From: Eledone cirrhosa
Taxonomy: Eukaryota
Assembly (NCBI GenBank): GCA_964016885.1
Contig: OZ024751.1
Span: forward strand, 27,590,001 to 27,654,000
Direction: 5' to 3'
DNA: 64,000 bases
Shown here: piece after piece, positions 1 through 10,785 of the stretch
Layout: each line of letters opens with the position of its first letter
How positions within the stretch are numbered: the stretch's first letter is position 1
The notes under the pieces: model-generated
Seen by the model: the letters and a program-made list of their open reading frames with translations, nothing else
Told to the model about the DNA's origin: nothing
The model's database searches: none
Translations under genes and position numbers: made by a program

Positions 1-276
1 GCAAAAGCATGATGCATACTACCAAGTCATATTCAGTTATGAGTGACACCTATAGTTTTTGTGTGTATACACACACACACACATATATACACACACACAC
101 ATACATACATACATAGAAATACACACACAAACACACACACACACATATATATACAAACACATGCAAACATACATTCAAACACACACACACATACATACAC
201 ACACACATACATACATACACACACACACGCACAGATATATATATATATCTATAAATGCATATATCTTCTGTTGTAG

Positions 277-446
277 TTGCTGAGAGATATGTTTGTGTTC
301 AAAATTGTACCAATGTTGAATCCAGACGGTGTAGTTGTGGGTAACTATCGTTGTTCCCTATCAGGTCGAGACCTCAACAGAAACTACAAGTCAACTTTGG
401 AAGGTCGATTCCCTACTATTGGCAATATCATCACTATGGTGAAAAA
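277..446 (+). CDS. AGBL2: Cytosolic carboxypeptidase 2/3-like (M14D) exon: [37 protein letters not shown]...
   Basis: ttgtag acceptor and gtaaaa donor (phase 2). Translation carries the CCP signature [28 protein letters not shown]. Earlier exons, including HxxE, lie upstream of the window. Confidence 0.93.
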
Positions 447-601
447 GTAAAATATATTTTTACACATATCTTTTCCTACCAAACTGACCCTCATTCTACA
501 ATACAAAACTTTATTTTAAAGTGTTTATATTTATCAAAAGAACCTTCAGTTATAGTTTTATGTTGTTATGCTCCAACCAACATCTTAAACTTTCTGATAC
601 A

Positions 602-970
602 ATACAATCTGACACTACCCCTCAGTCTATCATACAACCTGACCCCCCCCCCCCTCCCAGTCTATCACACAACCTGACCCCCCCCCCCTCCAGTCTATCA
701 CACAACCTGACACCACCCCTCAGTCTATCACACAACCAGACCCCCCCCTCCTCAGTCTATCACACAACCTGACACCACCCCTCAGTCTATCACACAACCA
801 GACCCCCCCCCTCAGTCTATCACACAACCTGACGCCTCCCCTCAGTCTATCACACAACCTGACCCCCCCCCTCCAGTCTATCACACAACCTGACACCACC
901 CCTCAGTCTATCACACAACCTGACACCACCCCTCAATCTATCACACAACCTAACACCACCCCTCAGTCTC
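602..970. repeat. ~30-bp minisatellite (ctcagtctatcacacaacctgacaccaccc), about 12 copies, intronic
   Basis: Tandem units directly visible, with variable poly-C length. Confidence 0.9.
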
Positions 971-1081
971 CTACATATTTTATCCCTCTTATGTCTAATT
1001 TCACATGCAGTTCATTTATGCTTTGCTGTGTATATCACACAACTATTATATGTTTTCAAATGAAAGCCATTATATTTTCAG

Positions 1082-1235
1082 GCTTCTAACCAAGTTTGAG
1101 GTTGTTATGTATTGTGATTTCCACAGTCACAGCCGAAAACACAATTCCTTCTTCTATGGCTGTAAGGAAAGAAATGTAAAACTGTTCGAAGAGAAGATTT
1201 TTCCATATCTACTAGCCAAAAATGCCCCAAATCAC
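1082..1235 (+). CDS. AGBL2: AGBL2/3-like exon: LLTKFEVVMYCDFHSHSRKHNSFFYGC...IFPYLLAKNAPNH
   Basis: ttttcag acceptor, gtaaag donor, phase 2-0. Zn-ligand motif YCDFHxHSRK and FxYGC. Confidence 0.93.
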
Positions 1236-1690
1236 GTAAAGAATCTATATTCTCTTAGTAACATACACACACACACACACATGCACACACACACACACAC
1301 TCATTCTATTGAATTAAATTTAAAATTTATTGAAAATGTAGAAAATCTCAAAAACAGTTGATTAAATTTGAGATTTTCTATATTTTCTAAGAACTTCAAT
1401 CCACTCCACGTGGTCAAGGTTAATTTAAAAATATTTAACCCTTTTCATATCAAAATGCTTGAAACTGACCCTGTTGTTGTTGTTGTTGCTGTTGTTGTTT
1501 TTGTTGGTTCTGTGGTTATCTCTCACTTTCTCTCTCTCTCCCTCTATATACCTGTCTATCTCTTTCTCTCTCATTCTTCTATCTCTCTCTTCCCAAATCC
1601 CTCTCTGACTTTCTCCTACCTCCTCAACTCCCTCCCACCCTCCTCTCACTCTCCCACCCCCTCTCACCCTCTTACCCTTCTATATTGCAG

Positions 1691-1792
1691 TTCCTCTTCA
1701 GATCTTGTAAATTCAAAGTCCAAAGATCTCGAAGACGTACCAGTCGTGTAATTATGTGGAAACTTGGCATCAAGAATTCTTTTACATTTGAG
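1691..1792 (+). CDS. AGBL2: AGBL2/3-like exon ending in the catalytic Glu: FLFRSCKFKVQRSRRRTSRVIMWKLGIKNSFTFE
   Basis: ttgcag acceptor; 34 codons colinear with recalled vertebrate AGBL2 [34 protein letters not shown]. Requires a GC donor (GAG|gctagt). Confidence 0.88.
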
Positions 1793-2731
1793 GCTAGTAT
1801 TTCTACATCTCTTTGTTGTTGTTGTTACTGTTGTCGTTGTTGTCATGGTTGTTGTTGTCATTGATGTTGTTTTCACTGTTGTTGTTGCTGCTGCTGCTGT
1901 TGTTGTCATGGTTGTTGTTGTTGATGTTGTCATGGTTGTTGTTGTTATGTTGTTATTGTTATTGACGATGATGATGATGTTTAGCCTCAGATTAGCCAAG
2001 TTAAAGCACCCTTCCAGATTTGACCATCCTGTCATTTCTTTTATTTATTTCATTTGTTTGTTGTTGTCGTTTAATCCCCAGGTCAGCACTGATAGGGCAG
2101 GCCTATGATGAGACAATCTAGCTGTGACCACCACACTGTAAATGCAGTTGGCGTTAGGAAGGGCAGCTGTAGAAAACCAGCCAAACCAGGCAGAAACACG
2201 CCTATGCGAGCAAGACATTGTCACCCGACACAACTTGCCTCAAAATAGGACCCGTCTAACCCATGCTAGCGTCGAAGATGGATGTTAATCGATGATGATA
2301 CTTAAGACTACATTATCTCATATGGAGGCAGATTTTGTTGCCCTTTCTATCTGGTCAAATAATTACATAGAAACTCCTTTGTTGGCTCCACAGATTTTTG
2401 CTTATTTTGCCTATTAAACATTCTAATTTGAGGGAGATTTTACTGCTGTTTCTCTCATTTCAAATGCCCCCCGTCATAGCTCCCTTGTTAATTCAAGTGG
2501 TTCTTGGCTATTAATTCTTAGTCCCCTGTAATGATTTAGTAAAAAATAGTTTTAAATAATGCTTTGTTCATATGTTTTAGTGGACATATAGTTGTAAAAA
2601 TTTGTAATATTAGAGTAAGGACTTCAATGTTTAATGTGATGTTGTTTTATATTTTTCAAGAATGTGTTACTAATCCTGTTTCATGTGGTGCAAGAGTTCA
2701 ATATTCTAATGGAGAGCTGATTTTTCTACAG

Positions 2732-2857
2732 GTATCCTGCTGTGGGTCTACCATTGGTGAAAAAAAAGGACTCCATTTCAACACAAAAGATTATGAGTTA
2801 CTTGGACTACTTTTCCTTGATACTCTTCTGGACTATGTCAACTTAGATAGCTACCAG
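2732..2857 (+). CDS. AGBL2: AGBL2/3-like exon: VSCCGSTIGEKKGLHFNTKDYELLGLLFLDTLLDYVNLDSYQ
   Basis: tttttctacag acceptor, CAG|gtattg donor. Matches the CCP2/3 GSTLG...HF...LG...DTLLD segment. Confidence 0.9.
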
Positions 2858-3279
2858 GTATTGCTGGTTTATTTCTCTTTTTAGATTCTAGTTCTTCAGT
2901 TGTTGTTGTTTCTAATAAAAAACATTTCATATGATTTTAAATAAATGTAAAAATAATTTCAAAAACATTTGGAAGGATTTACCAATATAACTAATCTTTT
3001 AATTATTAAACTGGTGTTTGAAAAATAACTTAAAGGTTCTTACATAAAATTATGCTAGAAAGCTTTTAAAGGGTTACAAACTGTTTTGTGCACTGATATA
3101 GGTTAGAGGAGTTATAACATTCTAGGACTACACATGTCACATGACCATCATCTGGTTTCTATGGCTGAATGACTTTCCTAATGCCAACTACCTTACAGTG
3201 TGTTTACTGGGTGTATTTTATCACGGCACTAACACTATTACTTTACAGAGGAGGCCAGGTGTGCTTTATCATGGCTTCA

Positions 3280-3468
3280 TACGGAAAGAATTATATAGGA
3301 AATACAAAAAAAACTAACGAGGCGGCACTGATAAACATCAACAATGAGGCACACAATATAGTCAAACACCTAGGATTAGATGACAGAACAGAGCCACTTA
3401 GGCCATGTACCCCCATATTTAATCTCAAGGACCACAAGGTAAATTTTGATTATAACCCCACAATTAGA
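3280..3468 (+). mobile_element. Penelope-like element RT fragment
   Basis: Translation ININNEAHNIVKHLGLDDRTE...FNLKDHKVNFDYNPTIR resembles the LKDHK..F..NP..R motif of PLE RTs. Confidence 0.6.
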
Positions 3469-4885
3469 CGGTCCATAATGTGTTGCATGTCAGCTTCTGT
3501 GTGCGCTAGGAAGTCAGCATCATTGACGTAAAGAGGGTCTCTGATCAGAGCTTGACAAGTTTTTGTCTTGGCATTAAACCTTCTTAAGTTGAAAACCTTT
3601 CCAGTGGTTCTGAACCATAGTGCTTCTGTCACAATCATGGAAAGCAAGGCAGCAAAGAAGATGGAGAAAAGTATAAGAGCAGGAATATTGCCTTGCTTTA
3701 TCCCGTTGTCAATTGAGATTTCCCCAGATAGTTGGCCATTGAAGGTAACTTGAGCTTTCATATTTCTGTGCAGCTGCTTTAGCATACTCACAAACTTGGG
3801 TGGACATCCCACTTTTCTAAGTATTATCCAGAGTACATCTCTTAACTGTATCAAAAGCCTTCATTAGGTCGGCAAAGACTTGATATAGAGGGACACACTG
3901 CTCAATGCATTTTTCTTGTATTTGTCTTACAGAGAAAATCATGTCAACTGTTCCCCTTCCCCCTCTAAAGCCACTCTGTCATTCTGGGATAGCTGTAGGA
4001 CAGGTATCCTCCTCCAGTCTGTTGAGCAAAAATCTTGTGAGAACCTTGCCAACAGTTTCCAACAAAGTGACAACACGGTAGTTTCCACATATCAATTTTT
4101 CATCTTTGCCTTTGAATAATGATAACAGAATACTGTTAATCCAGTTCTGCGGAACCGGGGTCCCATTCCAGCAATCGGTGATGAAGTTGTTTATCGCTTC
4201 CTTTACATTATCACTACCGACTTTCAGCAGTTCGACTGAGATATCATCTGGACCTGGTGCCTTGCCAGAGTTAACCTGTTTGACTGCCAGCTTTATTTCA
4301 TCAGTCGTGGGAAGTCGATCCATATGGTGAACTGTTTCACATTGAGGAAAGCCCTCTATCTCTCTAAAATTGACTGGTGATGGGTTGTCAAACAGGTCTG
4401 TAAAATGTTCCTCTCAACGTTGAAGGATGTTTTCTGGCTCTTTGATGATAATATTGGCATTGTCTTTAGATCTCAGAGGAGTTACTGAGGATGTTGGTGG
4501 GCCGAAGACTTGGCATATCAATGAGTAAAATGACTTCAAATCTTTGGTGTTAAAAGCTTGTTGGATTTCCGGAGATATTACTCCACCACTCATGTTGCAT
4601 CCTGCGCAGTTCGCTGGAGTGTTGCCTTGTGATCTTTGTAGGCTTTCCTGACAGCTGGTTGTGCTACAGGATTCTGATTCAGGAGCTTTTCATAGAGAGT
4701 GTGCTTGGTTTTCAGTAGCTGATTGATATTAGGATTGTTGTCATCGAACCAGTCCTGGTGTTTTTTGGTTCTGAAGCCTCACTGAGTAAAACTGATCGCT
4801 AAAGTTTTCCAAGGTGCCATCAAGTCTTTCAGTTAAAGTTACACATACATCTGCTTGCCTCAGTTTAGTGACATCAATGCATTTT
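3469..4885 (-). mobile_element. Decayed RTE-clade LINE (RT region)
   Basis: ORF pieces GKAPGPDDISVELLK, CGNYRVVTLL, GIKQG...LFSIFF, FRTTGKVFNLRR, with frameshifts. Confidence 0.85.
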
Positions 4886-5105
4886 GGTACTTTCACTCCA
4901 CACATACATACATACACACACACACACACATACACACACACTACAAACAAACTGGCCTTTCATGGGAAATAATTTGCCTACAAAAAACCAATTATATACT
5001 GGAATAGCAGTTAAAATATATTGCTGATGTTTTCTAGTTGTAAGAGGAAATAATGATTAGATAAAGAAAATGTTGAGTATGATATTAGAACTGTTTTTAC
5101 TGCAG

Positions 5106-5248
5106 ATTCACTGTCTGTTTGATGAAATGAAGAAAATATGTAGAAAATTACCATCAAAGAAAGAAAAAAGGGGACTTTATGAAGAGGATCAGCAAACGTC
5201 TGAAGAAGACGAAGAGGAAGACGAAGACGGAAACTTAGTTGAATCAAG
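5106..5248 (+). CDS. AGBL2: AGBL2/3-like exon, acidic: IHCLFDEMKKICRK...EEDEEEDEDGNLVES
   Basis: ttttactgcag acceptor, AG|gtatat donor, phase 0-2. Consistent with the post-catalytic CLxEL...IESS region. Confidence 0.8.
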
Positions 5249-5974
5249 GTATATATATTTATTCAGTCAGTAATTCATCATCATCATCATCAGCTTGATC
5301 ACCATGGAAGGCTGACTAAAGTGTGAGCTGTCACATCCCATCTTTTAGAGGCTATCTATGACTATGCCATCTAATATATCTCCTACACTGTTTTTACAGA
5401 CTATAGGGTGAATTTGGTGAACATATGACTGTTATTTCTAGCAATTATGTGTCGTAGGCTTTGTTTTTTGTTTTTTACTAGGAAGGGCATTTAGTTGTAA
5501 GACATTGTCTCAAAAAAGGCCCTCATGATCAGTATCAAATCTACAACAGGGCCTGCAAGGCTAACCCCTGTTTTAGCAGGGAAAATAACCTTTAGCTTTT
5601 TGATACTAAGCCTCCTGAAACTGTCCTTGGTCCTAGAAAACAAAACTGTTTTGAAATATTTGTATTTATCTAAAACCTTTCATTACAATTTAATGTAAAA
5701 ACCATTCTTAAGTTATGTTCCAAACGTCAGCTTAATAATGGGAAAGTTAGTTATATTACTAATGTTAGTTATATTACCAATGTTAGTTATATTACTAATG
5801 TTAGTTATATTACTAAATTTCTCTAAATTCTTGATGATTTTCAAAATTATTTTGACATTAGGAAGAACATTCAGCCATAGAAACTGTGCCAATATGGAAT
5901 TTATGAGCAAGATGAGGTCATCTGTTTCATCTAACCCCCCCCCCCCCCCCCCTCGACTGTGACTACCTGGCAAA

Positions 5975-6456
5975 CCTATGTTTCAGTGGTATTATATATA
6001 AATTATACAGCTCTATGTTGTGGCTGTTTCAGTGGTGTTATATATAAGTTATACAGCTCTCTATATTGTATGTTTCAGTGGTGTTATATATAAATTATAC
6101 AGCTCTATATTGTGTGTTTCAGTTGTGTTATATATAAGTTACACAGCTCTATATTGTGTCTGTTTCAGTGGTGTTATATACAAGTTGTACAGCTCTCTAT
6201 ATTGTGTCTGTTTCAGTGGTGTTATATATAAGTTATACAGCTGTATATTGTGTCTGTTTCAGTGGTGTTATATACAAGTTATACAGCTCTCTCTCTATAT
6301 TGTGTCTGTTTCAGTGGTGTTATATATAAGTTATACAGCTGTATATTGTGTCTGTTTCAGTGGTGTTATATCCAAGTTATACAGCTCTCTATATTGTGTC
6401 TGTTTCAGTGGTGTTATATACAAGTTATACAGCTCTCTATATTATGTGTATTTCAG
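5975..6456. repeat. ~44-52-bp minisatellite whose units each carry a tgtttcag acceptor-like site
   Basis: About 10 units of tgtttcagtggtgttatatataagttatacagctctatattgtgtc running directly into the exon at 6457. Confidence 0.9.
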
Positions 6457-6526
6457 TGATGTTTCTGACAGCTCTGAGTCAGATGATGTTTCTGATGAAC
6501 CTTTAGATGAACAGGTATATGAACAG
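6457..6526 (+). CDS. AGBL2: AGBL2/3-like exon: DVSDSSESDDVSDEPLDEQ(VYEQ)
   Basis: tttcag acceptor, phase 2. SDSS.SD motif as in the AGBL2 tail. Two possible donors at 6515 and 6527. Confidence 0.78.
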
Positions 6527-6618
6527 GTAACTTGATTTGGTTTCAGCATACAGACACACAGACACACATAATTGGGGTAGGGGGTTATGTCATTGTGGTA
6601 AGATCTTTCATAGTTGTT

Positions 6619-7608
6619 GCTCATCATCATCATCATCATCATCATTTTACGTCCGCTTTTCCCTGCTTTCAAGGGTTGGATGGGTCCTCTTAGGCGCAGC
6701 ATCTCTCCATTTGTCACAATCCTACATCATCCCCTCTGTGAGCTTCAGTGATCTGAGATCAGCTCTCTCCACCTTCACCCATGTTTTTCATGGTCTTCCT
6801 CTACTGCGTCTTCCTTCTACTGGGATTACTTGGCACTTCTTCACCCAGCGGTCATCTTCCATGTGCATCACATAGCCATACTAATGCAGTCTTCTCTCCT
6901 GTGTATTCCTCTTATACACAGTTTCTCTCTCAACTTGTCCTTGCTTGGTCGTTCACGCACATTGACGTTGCACATCCATCAGAACATCTTTGCTTCATTT
7001 CTCTCCAGCCTTTGCACATTCTCTACAGTTGCTGCCCATGTCTCATTACCCTGCAGCATTGCGCATCTCACACAGGCATCATAAAACCGACCTTACGTTC
7101 ATAGGGAGAAACCCTTCGTTGCTCAACAGAGGAAGCAGCTCCCTAAACTTCTTCCATCCTGTCCTTATTCTAGATACTATGGACTCGGAGCATCCTCCTC
7201 TCTTGCTAATCTGATCACCTAGGTATCAGAAGCTATCAACCACCTCTATAGATCCTACCTGTGTTTGAAAAATGTACCTATCACTGACACTTCTACTATC
7301 AATTTTCCCTGAACATCTACTACATATGAAGTTTTCCTTTCCTGTTAGTTTGCCTGCTATCCCACTACACCTCTTGTGTACCCAATATCTGCATTGTGTA
7401 CATTCTATATAGTTTATGCCAACTCCTTTTCTACATATCAAGCATGGCCATTTCCCTAATGGAATCAGAGTCTTGTCCTCTTTCCTACTTATCAATACTT
7501 TAGTCTTAGCTAGGTTCACTCTCAGATCTCTTGATTCCAACTGCTGTTTCCATAGCCAGAATTTATTCTCTAGCTCCTTTACTGATTCTGCTATAAGTAC
7601 CAGATCAT
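6619..7608 (-). mobile_element. RTE-clade LINE 3' part with PHD-like finger and (ATG)n tail
   Basis: DLVLIAES...LRVNLAKTKVL...WPCLICRKGVG..CTQC..WVHKRC...FICSRC...VVDSF; ends in cggacgtaaaa(tga)n. Confidence 0.85.
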
Positions 7609-8176
7609 GAGTTATGAGCCAATGAGGTAAACCTCAATGGTTGTTGATCATCCTGTTAGAAATAGCAGCAAAGGTACCTCAAACCATGCCCTACCAGCAG
7701 TAAACTTTAGCTCTAGAATCACCACAGCTATCCATTATTCTTATGATGAAGATTAAGTTTGGCTCCTAAGCCATTTGTAATTTCAACATTCATGAAATCA
7801 TCTTTGCATTCTCTACCTCATGAAACCATATTAGCACTATGGCTGCATCACATTAAAAGTTAATGTTTTACTTTAATTTACTGAAAATGTTAACAATGAT
7901 TTATTCACTATTATAGATGCTACAAACATTTCAATTAACAAAATCATTTTTTTATATTTTCTACTAGATTATTAGTGGATGTTAACCTTTTTGATAGTAA
8001 CCTACCCTGGATCAACTCTGGTCTTCTAGAACAAAATGAACCATTTAAAAAAGTTTTAGTAAAGCCCTAAAATTTCTTCATTAATTAATACAAAATATAG
8101 TATAGTTCATTAAAAATATGTAGAGACCACATCTTGCACATATGTTCCATATTTTGCCCTTACTAATGCCAATAAT

Positions 8177-8450
8177 TCTACAGGGTGTACTGGGTACTTA
8201 TGATACCAGCACTAACACTACAGGGTCTACTGGGTACCTATTATCATGACACCAGCACTAACACTACAGGGTCTACTGGGTACCTATTATCATGACACCA
8301 GCACTAACACTACAGGGTCTACTGGGTACTTATTATCATGACACCAGCACTAACACTTTACAGAGTGTACTGGGTACTTATTATCATGGCACCAGCACTA
8401 ACACTTTACAGAGTGCACTGGGTGTTTATTATTGTGACACAAGCACTAGA
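8177..8450. repeat. ~46-bp tandem repeat (ctacagggtctactgggtacctattatcatgacaccagcactaaca), about 6 copies, probably SINE-derived
   Basis: Tandem units visible; similar to the SINE segment actttacagagtgtactgggtg near 12860. Confidence 0.8.
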
Positions 8451-8615
8451 GAGATAGTCATGTACATAGTACGACTGAAGAGTCTTCTGTATCTTATATT
8501 ATCTGAGCTTAGTTGCCAGTCACATTATATTTGATTATGTACAAAAAAGATATTTCAGCCATATCTTAAACTGATTTTTTTTTCCCGAGTTTAATCTTTT
8601 GTTGCTTTCTTTCAG

Positions 8616-8648
8616 AAAAAAATATCCTCTGACAGAAAAATAGAAAAG
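8616..8648 (+). CDS. AGBL2: Probable 33-nt AGBL2/3-like exon: KKISSDRKIEK
   Basis: Strong polypyrimidine + ttcag acceptor, AAG|gtgagt donor, phase 0-0. Confidence 0.7.
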
Positions 8649-8999
8649 GTGAGTACAGTACTGCTTTATCTTCAGGGATTTTTCTTTTATTGACCTATAG
8701 TGTCATACAATGTACAGGGATGTTGAGAGTGCAGACTCTCAACTGCCCTGTACATTGTATGACACTGTTTAGCAGATTATATATATATATATATATATAT
8801 AAAGTTAGTTCTACAACATATTAGCAAACTATCTTCGAGAATACGTGTTACCTAACGGACTTTCGACTCAAGTGATGGTAGTGCTAAAAAACGAAAGTTT
8901 ATGAGCTGAGGTGGTTGACAAGGGAGACAACTCAAGTTAGACTGATGAAAGGGAAATAATTGAGTTCAGTCTGGGTCCTTGTAGTTACATAAGTACTTG

Positions 9000-10785
9000 G
9001 AGGCATGTAGACATCAATTATAAAAATCAGATCTTGTATTTAGACAATTACTAGTATGTAAACTATGATCTCCAGCAATACACATAAAAAATCTCAACAA
9101 CACTGACAGTATCAAGGTATTTCAAACTCTCTGTGATTGTAGGCTTGCTGTTATATCCCTGACAGCACAAATATTGTATCAGCATGGTCGGCTTTGAAAA
9201 GTGTTGTCTATGAATCATCCCAGGAAACATTTGGCTATGTAACGAGAAAACATCAAGACTGCTTTGACTCAAATGATCCAAACATTTCTCCTCTTTTGGA
9301 TAACATACATCAGTGGATGTCAGACAGTAATAATACTGCAGAGTGCAATGAGTTCACGAAGGCCAGAAATAAATGTCAATCTCAGCTAAGGTAAATGAAA
9401 CAGACATGGTGGCGAATAAAGGCACAAGAATTACAGACTGTTGCCGATAGACGTGACTTTAAATCTATTAGAATTTAAAAGGAATCTTTGGACCCATCTC
9501 AAATGGTTCAACTCCCATCTTTTAATTCAAGGGTAACCTTTTGACAGACAAAAATGAGATCACTAAGTGTTGGGCTGAACCAAATCTTGATATGAACCTT
9601 ATCAACCTGTCTTTGCTACTCCAACTAGTGCTGAGATAAAACAACTTTCCAATGGCAAGTCATCTGGAAATGATGGAATACCAGCAGAGATATTTAAATA
9701 TGTTAGCAATCTCTTGATTTACAAACTTTGTGATCTCATCTCCTTAATCTGGGAATCAGGATCAGTTCTACAGGAGTTTAAGGGTGCATCTATTGTGCAT
9801 CTTTACAAGCACAATGGCAATAGATGCAAATGCAACAACAATAGAGGTATTTCCCTTCTGCGTGTTGCCGGAAATATTCTTGGCAGAGTCATCTTCAACA
9901 GACCATTCTCTGGCCAATTCAGTTTTGCCTGAATCACTGTAGCTTTCAGACTTATACAGACACCGTGGACATGATTTTCAGTCTGAGGCAACTACAGGAA
10001 AAAGCACGAGAGCACAATGGGATCTCTTTGTCCTTTTCGTTGATCTCACAAAAACTTATGACACCATTTCCAGGGATGCTCACTGGGTTGTCAGTAAGAA
10101 GTTAAGTGCTCCAGAAAAGATGCTTAATTTCGTCATCTCTTTCCATTGGGGGTATTATGGTTTCAGTTAGAACCAGCGGAGGAGTGTCAGACCCATTCAT
10201 TGTTTCAAATGGAACAAAACAAGAGTGTGTTCTTGCACCACTCCTATTTGCTTTGTATTTCTCTGCCATGATGGAAACAGACTTGAGAATGTCAAAGAAG
10301 GAGTGAGCTTTGAATATAGAACAAGTGGTGGCTTGTTCAACCAATAACGCCTCAAAGCAGGAATGAAGATGATAGGGCAAACTGTTTATGACCTGTTCTT
10401 TGAAGACGACTATGCACATGTAGACCACAACCTTGAAGAAATGCAGTGGATCACTGACAACTTCTCTCATGCGTCTAAAGCTGACCATCATTATTAAAAC
10501 ACTGGAGCTTGTCCATCAGCCCACGACCATCCTCCCGCTGTTGTTCCTACTGTTTATGTTGATGGTAAGGCCTTGAAAACTGTTTCCTCCTTCACCTATC
10601 TTGGCTCCATTGTATCTAATGATGCAAAGATGGACAAAGAAATAGAGTGCAGGATTGAGAAGGTTAGCTCTGCCTTTGCTAGGCCTTACCACGGGTTTTG
10701 CAGAACGTAGAATGTCTCATTAAAGGTGAAAATTGATGTGTATAGGTCGGTGGTTCTGACATTGTTACTCTATGGTGCTTAATCA
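9000..10785 (+). mobile_element. Decayed RTE-clade LINE
   Basis: RKHQDCFDSND, IVHLYK..GNR..CNNNRGISLL, GTKQECVLAPLLF, FTYLGS. Many stops and frameshifts. Confidence 0.85.

Noticed and set aside
1664-2108. Poly-Thr / poly-Val ORFs
   Set aside because: Intronic (GTT)n microsatellite.
2564-2731. Extension of the AGBL exon upstream to the AG near 2660
   Set aside because: Homology places the junction at 2732; the extra residues would interrupt the catalytic domain right after the Glu.
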